A stretch of DNA of 32,000 nt, taken from an uncultured cyanobacterium (lineage in GTDB: Bacteria > Cyanobacteriota > Cyanobacteriia > Cyanobacteriales > Microcystaceae). Under the pieces are notes generated by a model, which was given only the letters and a program-made list of their open reading frames with translations, was not told the origin of the DNA and did not search any database. Of this stretch, positions 1 through 9,537 are shown one piece after another. Position numbers and translations under genes: made by a program. The stretch covers positions 1-32,000 of the forward strand of contig CAWEDJ010000069.1 in the NCBI GenBank assembly GCA_963807635.1. Reading direction: 5' to 3'. The stretch's first letter is position 1. Each line of letters opens with the position of its first letter.

Positions 1-847
1 TATGTAGTTTTTTGCTTTTGGGCATCCCCCCACGAGGGATTGGACGATTCAATCTCAGTTGGTTTTAGTTATTTTGCCGGATGTTTGCTTGTTCAAGTGG
101 TCATGATGAGATTAGTCCGATCGCGTTGGAGTTTCCAGGGAGTTGATTTGAATTTAGTGGAATCCTCTACTGGAATGCCTATGAGTCAACAATGGTTTGA
201 TTTTAGTTTATTGAAAAGTGCTTTGATTACGGGCTTAGGGCTTTGTTTATTGTTACGGGCAAATCATTTCTCGACGATGTTATTGGCTGCGGGATTGGCG
301 ATCGCGAGTAAATTTATCTTTCGAGTACGGGGAAAACATTTTTTTAATCCAGCTAATTTTGGCATTATTGCGTCCTTAATCCTAACCAAAGATGCTTGGA
401 TTTGCGAGGACAGTGGGGAACGGATTGGTGGTATTTAGCCTTATTTTTGGCGACGGGTGGATTAGTTCTTAAAAAAGTAGGGAGATGGGAAACTTCAGCC
501 GTTTTTTTAGGAGTGTATGCCAGCTTGGAAGCGGTGCGGAATATTTGGCTGGGATGGGATAGCGAAGTTTTATTGCATCATTTGAGTAGTGGTAGTCTAT
601 TGGTTTTGCCCTATTTATGTTGACCGATCCTCGTTCGATTCCAAATGCAATCAAAGGGCGAATTATCTGGGCGATTAGTATTGCTGTCCTAACATTTATT
701 TTGCAATATACCCTTTATTTACAGACAGCGATATTTTGGGCCTTATTTTGTTTATCACCTTTGACTATTTTATTGGACTCTCAATATTTTTTCCCGCGTT
801 TTACTTGGCAGAAATCTAATGTTTTATCACCCCAATTAATTCCTTAG
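1..847 (+). pseudogene. RnfD/NqrB-like polytopic membrane protein, 5'-partial at the window edge, split over three frames as assembled
   Basis: ORF pieces 40..438, 396..623 and 617..847 are in three frames but read as one protein (FFNPANFGI ... GQWGTDWWYLALF ... FMLTDPRSIP, motifs of the NQR2/RnfD/RnfE family). The frame is open back to base 1. The junctions fall at T-runs 401-403 and 604-607. Confidence 0.55.
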
Positions 848-976
848 TTAATCCAAAAAACGGTTACTTAAAAAGTTCAACTAAGTCTTGCAAAATATTT
901 CTCTCCGACTCAACATGATCCTAAAAAATATGCTGAAAATCCTAGTCTTTTTACAAGAAGAATAACGGTTATTAAT

Positions 977-2302
977 TTGTCTATTCGCAAATCATTTATA
1001 GCGTTATGTCTAACTTTTTTGAGTTTCTTTTCCCTAATCCAACCCGCTTGGGCTTTTTGTGGTTTTTATGTGGGAAAAGCCGATACTAGTCTTTATAATC
1101 AGGCTTCCCAAGTCATTATTGCAAGGGATAAACAACGCACGATTTTAACAATGGCCAACGATTACCAAGGCAGTGCTAAAGATTTTGCCCTCGTTGTTCC
1201 CGTTCCCGTCATTCTCAAAAAAGAACAAGTCCAAATCGGCGATCGCAAAATCATTGAAAGATTAGATGCCTTTAGTGCGCCTCGCTTAGTGGAATATTTT
1301 GATACTAATCCCTGTGATACTCGGATGTATGAATCTTTTGATGCGGCCCCTGCGGCTCCCAGTGCCAGTGGGATAAGCGGTAATAGAATGTCTCGTAAAG
1401 CGAAGGATTTAGGTGTCACAATTGAGGAAAAATTTTCTGTTGGAGAATACGATATTTTGATTCTCAGCGCAAAAGAATCCAATGGTCTTGAAACCTGGTT
1501 AATTCAAAATGATTATAAAATTCCATCGGGAGCAAACGCAGTTTTAAAACCCTATATTAAGCAAGGATTAAAATTCTTTGTCGCTAAAGTTAATTTACAA
1601 GCATATGCTAAAAATGAGTTTCAAGCTTTGCGCCCTTTAATGATGGCCTATGAATCTTCTAAATTCATGTTACCGATTCGGCTAGGAATGTTAAATGCTA
1701 GAGGAGATCAGGATTTAATTGTTTATTTGCTTTCTCCTCAAGGTGCAATAGAATTAACGAATTATCGTACTGTTAAAGTTCCTAGTGACATTGAATTACC
1801 CGAATTTGTCCAACAGGAATTTAATGGTTTTTATAAGGCAATGTTTAAAAATGCCTATCAGCGATCGGGTCGCAATGTTGCGTTTTTGGAATATGCCTGG
1901 AATATGGCGAATTGTGATCCCTGTTCTGCTGATCCTCTCAATCCTGAAGAACTTAAAAAAGCAGGTGTTTTTTGGATGGATAGTCCCTATGCGTCTAATG
2001 TGTTTATTAGTCGTCTTCATCTTCGTTATAGCCGAGAAAAATTTCCTGAAGATTTAAAATTTCAAACAACGGCTAATCAAAATACCTTTCAAGGGCGTTA
2101 TGTGATGCGTCGTCCCTATCGAGGAGAAATGTCTTGTTCGGCGGCGCAAAATTATAAACAAACGGTGAAGCAACGTCAGGAAAAAGAAGCTCAGACGTTA
2201 GCAAAGTTAACAGGTTGGAAAATTGAAGATATTCGTAAAAGAATTGATTTTCTAGCGGCGGAAAACTTACCTTGGTGGCGGAATATTTGGCCGTCTAAAT
2301 AG
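977..2302 (+). CDS. Secreted protein, probably DUF2330 family
   Basis: Single 441-aa ORF with a TTG start and an N-terminal signal peptide ending ...SLIQPAWA followed by FCGFYVG. The FALVVPVPV block resembles DUF2330 proteins from memory and is unverified. Confidence 0.5.
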   Translation: MSIRKSFIALCLTFLSFFSLIQPAWAFCGFYVGKADTSLYNQASQVIIARDKQRTILTMANDYQGSAKDFALVVPVPVILKKEQVQIGDRKIIERLDAFSAPRLVEYFDTNPCDTRMYESFDAAPAAPSASGISGNRMSRKAKDLGVTIEEKFSVGEYDILILSAKESNGLETWLIQNDYKIPSGANAVLKPYIKQGLKFFVAKVNLQAYAKNEFQALRPLMMAYESSKFMLPIRLGMLNARGDQDLIVYLLSPQGAIELTNYRTVKVPSDIELPEFVQQEFNGFYKAMFKNAYQRSGRNVAFLEYAWNMANCDPCSADPLNPEELKKAGVFWMDSPYASNVFISRLHLRYSREKFPEDLKFQTTANQNTFQGRYVMRRPYRGEMSCSAAQNYKQTVKQRQEKEAQTLAKLTGWKIEDIRKRIDFLAAENLPWWRNIWPSK

Positions 2303-2408
2303 TTGCTTCAGTTCAATCTTGATACAGCGATTGCCTTCCTATTAAAATGAAATTATTGCCCAGTAGAAAAAATGTAAATCACATTAAAACCAGGTTACGA
2401 GATATAAT

Positions 2409-2660
2409 ATGAGCAAGAAATATAAGATTTTGAAACAAGCCCTATCTGGTTCCAAAAATATCAGCTTTAATGATGCTGTTTTACTAATTAAAGCTTTTGG
2501 ATTTATTCTGTCTCGTATTAATGGTAGTCATCATATTTTTATTCATCCTAAAATCCCTGAATTGGTTAATATTCAAAATGTTAAAGGACAAACAAAGCCT
2601 TATCAAGTACGACAATTTTTAAGTTTAATTGAAAAATACAATCTAAGATTAGAGGACTAA
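2409..2660 (+). CDS. hicA: HicA-family toxin (mRNA interferase)
   Basis: 83-aa ORF with the GF..SR.NGSHHIF.HP core typical of HicA/YcfA. It is followed 2 nt later by a HicB-like ORF. Confidence 0.6.
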   Translation: MSKKYKILKQALSGSKNISFNDAVLLIKAFGFILSRINGSHHIFIHPKIPELVNIQNVKGQTKPYQVRQFLSLIEKYNLRLED

Positions 2661-2662
2661 AG

Positions 2663-2889
2663 ATGAAAGACTATCATATCAATATTTTCTACAGTGAAGA
2701 TGACGGGGGTTATATCGCTGACATTCCCGATTTAAGTTATTGTTCGGCTTTTGGTGAAACTCCTGCCCAAGCGTTACATGAAGTAGAAATGGCGAAAGAT
2801 GCCTGGTCAGAAGCCGCGAATTAGAGGGTAAACCCATTCCGTTTCCTTCCTATCGGCCCGTCATTTATCAAGTCAGAACTGCTTCTTAA
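2663..2889 (+). pseudogene. hicB: HicB-family antitoxin, frameshifted as assembled
   Basis: ATG at 2663 gives MKDYHINIFYSEDDGGYIADIPDLSYCSAFGETPAQALHEVEMAKDAWSEAAN, ending at stop 2822-2824. The expected continuation LEGKPIPFPSYRPVIYQ... is in the next frame, ending at stop 2887-2889. One extra A at the AA run 2819-2820 would restore it. Confidence 0.6.
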
Positions 2890-2912
2890 AAACGCGATCG
2901 CTCTCACAATTT

Positions 2913-4950
2913 CTAAAAACTGCGATCACGGATAATCCATTTCACCGCTTTGTCCCGACTCGCGGAAGCCAAGGTTTTACTATCGGGGAAATAACTCACA
3001 CTATTGACCGCAGATTGATGCCCGTTGAGGGTTTGGAGTAATTGTCCTGTGCCTACGTCCCACAATTTTACCGTTCCGTCAAAACTCGCGGTCGCCAAGG
3101 TTTTGCTATCGGGGGAATAACTCACACTCCACGCCGCATATTGATTCCCTCCCAAGGTTCGGAGTATTTTTCCCGTGCCTACGTCCCACAATTTTACCGT
3201 ATTGTCAGCACTCGTGGTCGCAAAGGTTTTGCTATCGGGGGAATAACTCACACTAGTGACTCTATTTTGCTCCTCTCCCAAGGTTTGGAGTTCTTTTCCC
3301 GTGCCTACGTCCCACAAATTTACCGTATCGTCATCACTAATGTTAGCACTCGTAGTCGCCAAGGTTTTGCCATCGGGGGCATAACTCACACTATTGACCC
3401 AAAGTTCACTCACTTTCAAGGTTCGGAGTACTTTTCCCATGCCTACGTCCCACAATTGTACTGTTCCGAACCCACCCGCGGGAAGCCAAGGTTTTACCAT
3501 CGGGGGAATAACTCACACTATTAACATTACTGACCGCATATTGATTCCCTCCCAAGGTTCGGAGTATTTTTCCCGTGCCTACGTCCCACAATTTTACCGT
3601 ATTGTCAGCACTCGTGGTCGCCAAGGTTTTGCTATCTGGAGAATAACTCACACTTATGGACCCATCTAAATCCCATTCCAATGTTAGGAGTACTTTTCCC
3701 GTGCCTAAGTCCCACAATTTTACCGTTTTTACCGTTTTGCCAACACTCGTGGTCGCCAAGGTTTTGCCATCGGGGGCATAAATCACACTCCAGACCTCAG
3801 ATTGATTCCCCTCCAAGGTTCGGAGTAATTTGCCCGTGTCTACGTCCCACAATGTTACCGTTCCGTCCTGACTCGCGGAAGCCAAGGTTTTGCCATCGGG
3901 AGCATAACTTACACTATTGACCACAGATTGATGCCCTTCCAAGGTGCGGAATACTTTTCCCGTGCCTACGTCCCACAATATTACTGTTATGCCCCCGCTC
4001 GTGGTCGCCAAGGTCTTGCCATCGGGGGCATAACTCATACTTCTAACCGCAGATTGATACCCTTCCAAGGTTCGCAGCACTTTCCCCGTGCCTACGTCCC
4101 ACAATGTTACCGTATTGTCGAACCCACTCGCGGAAGCCAAGGTTTTGCCATCAGGGGCATAACTCATACCCATGACCCAGGTTGATCTCCTTCCAATGTT
4201 CGGAGTAATTTGCCCGTGCTTACGTCCCACAACGTTACCGTATTGTCGTACCCATTCGCGGAAGCCAAGGTTTTGCCATCGGGGGCATAACTCACACGAT
4301 AGACCGAATCTTGATCTCCTTCCAAGGTTCGGAGTAATTTGCCCGTACCTACGTCCCACAATTTTATCGTTCCGTTTCCACTCGCAGCAGCCAAGGTTTT
4401 GCCATCGGGGGCATAACTCACACTATTGACCCCAAGTTCATTCACTTTCAAGGTTCGGAGTACTTTGCCCGTGCCTACGTCCCACAATTTTACCGTTCCG
4501 TCCCCACTCGCAGCAGCCAAGGTTTTGCCATCGGGGGCATAACTCACACTGTTGACCGCAAGTTCATTCACTTTCAAGGTTCGGAGTACTTTGCCCGTGC
4601 CTACGTCCCACAATTTTATCGTGCTGTCCCGACTCGCGGAAGCCAAGGTTTTGCCATCGGGGGCATAACTCATACTATAGACCGCAGATTGATGCCCTTC
4701 CAAGGTTCGGAGTAATTTTCCCGTGCCTACGTCCCACAATTTTATCGTTCTGTCCCGACTCGCAGAAGCCAAGGTTTTGCCATCGGGTGCATAACTCACA
4801 CTATTGACCTCAGATTGATGCCCTTCCAAGGTTCGGAGTACTTTGCCCGTGCCTACGTCCCACAATTTTACCGTTCTGTCCCGACTCGCAGAAGCCAAGG
4901 TTTTGCCATCGGGGCCATAACTCACACTATAGCCCGCAGATTGATGCCCT
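2913..4950. repeat. Tandem ~126-bp coding repeats (WD40 units) with long identical nucleotide blocks
   Basis: Strings such as gtgcctacgtcccacaattttaccgt and gccaaggttttgccatcggggg recur with a ~126-nt period through the region. Confidence 0.85.
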
Positions 4951-4988
4951 TCGAGGCGATTTTTTTCATTAACTTCCGTTGCCCCCAC
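2913..4988 (-). pseudogene. WD40-repeat region (about 16 units), the C-terminal part of the TIR gene, broken into three frames
   Basis: Minus-strand ORFs 4164..4988, 3406..4359 and 2913..3500 carry repeated 42-aa units (SVSYAPDGKTLASAS.D.TVKLWDVGTGK.LRTLEGHQS.V). Frames switch at 4182-4183 and at 3480-3482, where the coding strand has CCC and sister repeats have CC. The frame stays open upstream towards the TIR ORF. Confidence 0.8.
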
Positions 4989-5023
4989 CTGAATATTGGT
5001 ATTTTCTAAATTATTTTGCGCTT

Positions 5024-5818
5024 CTATTGTTTTAAGCTCTGCACAACCAATTGCTGTCCTGCACCAACAATGGTAATCCCTAAAAAAATTAACCCTCGGC
5101 GAACAATTTGTTTTTGTTGTGTCTTCGCTTCGGCAACGTTTTGATTCGATTTTTCTATTTTTACTTCTGGTTTTTCCTTTGCTTTCTCCAAAATTAAAAC
5201 AGCCTGATGCTTTGCATATTCCATCTCACGGCTTGTTTTAAGGTAATTTATCTGTAACGCTGTTGGTTTTGGATCTTTATCCTCTGTGGCTTTTAACCAC
5301 TTCTCCCCATCACCTAACTCTTCACCGCGTAACAAAAATCCTTCTTTTCGTGCTTCGTTATCCCACTTCAAGGCTCGAACCAATACGTGGGTATGACCCT
5401 TAACATGGGCTATATCCAGATTCAGCGCATCGATCAACTCTTTAAACGATTGGTCAAAATTATCCGTATCCCGAAAAAATAACCAATTATGACTACTGAT
5501 CGCTTGATGAGCAGGATTTTCTTTCTCTAAAAGCTCGTAGGCATCTCGATACACAATCGGCAAAATCTGTTTATTGTACTTGACGGCGTGGTTAATCTCA
5601 TCCTGACAGACCTTAGAAGCCACAGAATCAGGACTAATCACAAAAACAAACGTATCAGCCCCTTCGATCCCCGATTCAATCTCCTTCCAGCATTCAGTTC
5701 CCTTGGCAATCCCTTCCCAATCAACCCAGGTTTCACGATTACTATTTTCCAAAGCCTCATACAAAATACGCACAAACTCTGAATTTTTACGAGAATAGGA
5801 AATAAAAACGTCAGACAT
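5024..5818 (-). CDS. TIR domain protein with helical linker and predicted TM helix; the N-terminal part of a TIR-TM-WD40 gene
   Basis: The N-terminus DVFISYSRKNSEF...FVFVISPDSVASKVCQDEINHA is a TIR_2-like core that includes the conserved Glu. It is followed by a Lys/Glu-rich linker, then KQIVRR-GLIFLGITIVGAGQQLVV. The stop at 5024-5026 follows T4 run 5030-5033, and one extra base there fuses the ORF in frame to ...SLKTIEAQNNLENTNIQVGATEVNEKNRLEGHQS (WD40). Confidence 0.8.
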   Translation of the reverse strand: MSDVFISYSRKNSEFVRILYEALENSNRETWVDWEGIAKGTECWKEIESGIEGADTFVFVISPDSVASKVCQDEINHAVKYNKQILPIVYRDAYELLEKENPAHQAISSHNWLFFRDTDNFDQSFKELIDALNLDIAHVKGHTHVLVRALKWDNEARKEGFLLRGEELGDGEKWLKATEDKDPKPTALQINYLKTSREMEYAKHQAVLILEKAKEKPEVKIEKSNQNVAEAKTQQKQIVRRGLIFLGITIVGAGQQLVVQSLKQ

Positions 5819-6415
5819 GGCTTTTGCGGTTGAGTCAATTGATCAATTAGATCATAGAGCATTTTTAGATAAATTTCCCATAATTAATTAAATCAATGAC
5901 AAATTGTATTCACGAGTCCCCTAGTTAGTTGCTTCTTTCACCATTACAACTGTTTCCTCTACTTTTTTCACCACATCAACCTTAGTCTCTATCTCTACCG
6001 TCTTACGAACCTGACCATCATTGCTCTTTTGTTGCTTGGATAAACGCTCCTCATCTGCCTTATACAGATCCGTCATCGCATCCTTCATTTCTTGCACCCA
6101 ACCCGTCGTTTTTGCCTAGATCACCTTCTCTGAACTTTCTACCAACTTCCCAATATTTTTACGATCAGCCTCTACAGTGAGGACTTGCGCGGTTTGTCTA
6201 TTCTTAAAAACGATGGGAAAACTAGATTACATCAGAAAAAAGGTCAAAAAAAAGCAATCAGACTTGTTGGCTAAAGACGATCAACGGGAACTATTTTGTT
6301 TCCTATTCTTGCAAATATTTCGATTTCTGGGGAATTACGCGATCGCCTTTTGTCTAAATGGCCACTGCCCAATGATTTCTGGGGATCAATTCTGTTAACG
6401 TTGATCTTATAAGGA

Positions 6416-6496
6416 TGCGGACGGAGAGACTCGAACTCTCACATCAAGGATACTAGAACCTAAATCTAGCGCGTCTACCAATTCCGCCACGTCCGC
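6416..6496 (-). tRNA. tRNA-Leu (anticodon UAG)
   Basis: The reverse complement GCGGACGTGGCGGAATTGGTAGACGCGCTAGATTTAGGTTCTAG...GAGAGTTCGAGTCTCTCCGTCCGCA has a class II long variable arm. The anticodon loop is TT-TAG-GT between CTAGA and TCTAG. Confidence 0.9.
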
Positions 6497-6543
6497 TTAG
6501 ACTTACTATCCTATCAGAAGATTGCTCTTGTTCAAAATTTATT

Positions 6544-7464
6544 ATGATTAATTCCGTTCCGTCCTTGCTGAACCCACCTCCAACGACGGCGATCCAGATT
6601 GCGGTGATAGGAGATATTCATGATCAATGGGAACTCACTGATAACCTGATCTTACAAGCCTTGAATATTGATTTAGTGCTATTTGTCGGGGATTTGGGTA
6701 ATGAGTCGGTGGCGATCGCGGCTTTAATTGCGGATTTAGCCATCCCGAAAGCGGTTATTCTCGGCAACCATGACGCTTATTACAGTGCATCGGACTGGGG
6801 ACGGAAACTCTCTCCCTACGATCATCGCCAAGAAGACCGCGTGACCGAACAACTCAAACTCCTGGGAGAAACCCATGTAGGCTACGGCAAACTGGATTTT
6901 CCGCAGTTTCAATTGTCAGTGGTCGGCAGTCGTCCCTTTAGTTGGGGCGGGGCAGAGTGGAAAAATCGCACCTTTCTTCGCGATCGCTATGGTGTAAGTA
7001 ATTTTAGGGAATCGACCGAAACCATCACCAAGGCGGTTAAAGATACAGCCTATGAAACGGTGATTTTTTTAGGACACAACGGCCCCTTGGGATTAGGAAA
7101 TCAGGCAGAAGATATTTGTGGTAGGGATTGGAAACCCTTGGGCGGTGATCACGGTGATCCTGATTTTGCTGAAGCGATCGCCTGGAGCCAGAATTTAGGC
7201 AAACACATTCCCTTAGTCACCTTTGGCCATATGCACCACAGCTTGCGCCATACCAAAGCTCAATTACGAACGAGGGTAATGCAGGACGCAAAAGGCACGG
7301 TTTATCTCAATGCGGCGGCAGTTCCTCGCATTATTAACCACAACGGCGATCGTCACAGAAATTTTTCCATTGTCACCCTAGAAAACGGTAATATTAGGGA
7401 CATTTCTCTAATTTGGGTCGATCAAAACTTTCAGATTGCCAATCAAGAGTCCTTGTATTCCTAA
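6544..7464 (+). CDS. Calcineurin-like metallophosphoesterase
   Basis: 306-aa ORF with the ordered motifs GDIHD, GDLGNE, GNHD, GHNGP and GHMH. Confidence 0.75.
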   Translation: MINSVPSLLNPPPTTAIQIAVIGDIHDQWELTDNLILQALNIDLVLFVGDLGNESVAIAALIADLAIPKAVILGNHDAYYSASDWGRKLSPYDHRQEDRVTEQLKLLGETHVGYGKLDFPQFQLSVVGSRPFSWGGAEWKNRTFLRDRYGVSNFRESTETITKAVKDTAYETVIFLGHNGPLGLGNQAEDICGRDWKPLGGDHGDPDFAEAIAWSQNLGKHIPLVTFGHMHHSLRHTKAQLRTRVMQDAKGTVYLNAAAVPRIINHNGDRHRNFSIVTLENGNIRDISLIWVDQNFQIANQESLYS

Positions 7465-7493
7465 TATGCTAAACTTTAAAATGATTAAACTCT

Positions 7494-7578
7494 GGAGAGG
7501 TGGCAGAGTGGTCGATCGCATCCGACTTGAAATCGGAAGACTAGCAATAGTCCGGAGGTTCAAATCCTCTCCTCTCCG
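7494..7578 (+). tRNA. tRNA-Ser (anticodon UGA)
   Basis: GGAGAGGTGGCAGAGTGGTCGATCGCATCCGACTTGAAATCGGA...GGAGGTTCAAATCCTCTCCTCTCCG has a long variable arm. The anticodon loop is CT-TGA-AA between TCCGA and TCGGA. Confidence 0.9.
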
Positions 7579-7772
7579 TTTTTCCCATTAAATAAAGTTA
7601 TCTGCTAAATAAACGGGCTTTTTAGGGAATTATTAATAACTTTTACCATCCTGTCGGAGTGCGTTGTGGTCAGTGAGTTTATTTTAAGATAGAAGCTGGG
7701 TTTCTCCGTCTGACACTCTACGAAGTTGGAAAACCCCCACTCATAAAAATTTTTATCAAAACCAGTGACCTA

Positions 7773-9518
7773 ATGGCAACCTCTCGACTTCGGAATCTCT
7801 ATAATTATCTTGTTCCCCATTGGAAAATGGTCGGTTGGGGAGTATTAACCTTATTTATTGTTAATGCGGTGGGGGTTTATATTCCCCTCTTAATTCGGGA
7901 TAGTATTGATGACCTTAAAGCATCTTTTACCTTTGATCAAGTTATTCATTATGTTATTTTAATTTTTGTCCTAGCCTCGGTTATGTGGGCATTGAGAATG
8001 CTCTCACGGATTGCAATTTTTGGCGTAGGTCGTCAGGTGGAATACGGCCTCAAACAAGGCATTTTTCAACATTTATTAACCCTAGAACCCGCTTATTTTT
8101 CCATTAATACATCGGGAGACTTGATCAATCGGGCAACCAGCGATGTGGATAATATTCGTCGTTTAGTAGGATTTGCAGTTTTGAGTTTAGTCAATACGTT
8201 TTTTGCCTATACCTTGACCTTGCCTGCGATGCTGGCCATTCATATTCCCCTAAGTTTAATGGCGATCGCGGTTTATCCCGTAATGTTGATGAGTGTCCAA
8301 TTATTTAGTGGACAATTGCGGGATCAACAAATGGAAGTTCAAGAAAAATTGTCGGATTTGAGTGAACTGATTCAAGAGGATATGAGTGGCATTAGTTTAA
8401 TTAAAATCTATGCTCAGGAAGAAAATGAACGTAATGCCTTTAGAGAAAAAAATCGAGCTTTACTAAATGCCAATTTAAAACTTGCCAGAACCAGAAATTT
8501 AACCTTTCCGATTATTGAAGGATTGTCTTATATCAGTCTTTTATTATTATTAGCCTTTGGAACTGCCGCGATTCAAAAAGGTGAAATTAGTGTAGGGGAT
8601 TTCATCGCCCTTATTATCTTAGTAGAACGTCTGGTTTTTCCGACCGCTTTATTAGGATTTACTATTACCGCCTATCAACGGGGAGAAGTCAGTATCGATC
8701 GCGTGGAAGCCATTTTTCAAGCCCAATCAAAAATTCACAATGATCCTAATCCCGTTATTTTAAATAGTGATTCTATTCAAGGAAAAATTACCGCATCCCA
8801 TCTTTCCTACTCCTATCCTGACAGTCAGGTTCCCGCCCTCAAGGATTTGAATTTTACGATTAATCCAGGGGAAATGGTTGCTATTGTTGGGCCGATCGGT
8901 TGCGGAAAATCAACTTTAGCAAATGCCTTACCCCGTTTATTAGATATCGCACCAGGTCAATTATTTTTAGATGGTATTGATATTACTCAAATTTCTCTAG
9001 AAAATCTGAGAAAGGCGATCGCCTACGTTCCCCAGGATAGTTTCTTGTTTAGTACCACCATTCAAAATAATATTCGTTATGGTGATCCCCAAAAAGAAGA
9101 AATCTATGTAGAAAAAGCGGCGAAACAAGCCTATATTGACTCGGAAATTCAGTATTTTCCTCAAAAATATGAAACCCTGGTGGGAGAGCGCGGAATTACT
9201 CTCTCAGGTGGTCAACGACAACGGACTTCTTTAGCGAGAGCCTTGATGTTAGATGCGCCGATTTTGATCTTGGATGATGCTTTGTCGAGTGTAGATAATC
9301 AAACTGCTACCCAAATTCTTAATCATCTTTCCCAGGAACAACATAAAACGGTGATTTTTATCTCCCACCAACTTTCGGCGGCGGCTCAAACCGATCGCAT
9401 TTTAGTCATGGATCAGGGAATTATTGTGCAGTCAGGAACCCATGAAGAGTTATTAAATCAATCGGGTTTATATCAATCTTTATGGCAACAACATCAACTC
9501 GAAAAAGTGTTGCAATAA
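7773..9518 (+). CDS. ABC exporter, fused permease/ATPase (MsbA/MdlB type)
   Basis: 581-aa ORF. The N-terminal half has six hydrophobic segments. The C-terminal half has Walker A GPIGCGKST, signature LSGGQRQR and Walker B ILILDDALS. Confidence 0.85.
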   Translation: MATSRLRNLYNYLVPHWKMVGWGVLTLFIVNAVGVYIPLLIRDSIDDLKASFTFDQVIHYVILIFVLASVMWALRMLSRIAIFGVGRQVEYGLKQGIFQHLLTLEPAYFSINTSGDLINRATSDVDNIRRLVGFAVLSLVNTFFAYTLTLPAMLAIHIPLSLMAIAVYPVMLMSVQLFSGQLRDQQMEVQEKLSDLSELIQEDMSGISLIKIYAQEENERNAFREKNRALLNANLKLARTRNLTFPIIEGLSYISLLLLLAFGTAAIQKGEISVGDFIALIILVERLVFPTALLGFTITAYQRGEVSIDRVEAIFQAQSKIHNDPNPVILNSDSIQGKITASHLSYSYPDSQVPALKDLNFTINPGEMVAIVGPIGCGKSTLANALPRLLDIAPGQLFLDGIDITQISLENLRKAIAYVPQDSFLFSTTIQNNIRYGDPQKEEIYVEKAAKQAYIDSEIQYFPQKYETLVGERGITLSGGQRQRTSLARALMLDAPILILDDALSSVDNQTATQILNHLSQEQHKTVIFISHQLSAAAQTDRILVMDQGIIVQSGTHEELLNQSGLYQSLWQQHQLEKVLQ

Positions 9519-9537
9519 AAATCAACTATTCACTCCC

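Noticed and set aside
2913-4950. Regular ~126-nt periodicity (and a similar pattern at 13850-14983) that could be mistaken for a CRISPR array
   Set aside because: The whole period is conserved with no unique spacers. The units are in frame and encode WD40 or TPR repeats, and no cas genes or leader are present.
3042-5009. Plus-strand ORFs (3042..3524, 3394..3669, 3681..3920, 3928..4185, 4172..4429, 4815..5009) with repetitive peptides such as AYVPQFYR and GFAIGGITHT
   Set aside because: They are antisense shadows of the WD40 repeats. Their periodicity mirrors the minus-strand units, they have no independent motifs, and they are broken wherever the repeat phase changes.
6177-6398. 73-aa plus-strand ORF downstream of tRNA-Leu
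   Set aside because: It has a GTG start, no SD, a Cys/Phe/Lys-rich composition and no motifs, and it lies in AT-rich spacer DNA.
2303-6496. hicAB plus the TIR-WD40 segment as a tRNA-Leu-targeted genomic island (it lies on the 3' side of the tRNA)
   Set aside because: No integrase is present. I could also find no direct repeat of the tRNA-Leu 3' end near 2303-2408 by eye. This should be re-examined with a proper repeat search before being claimed.
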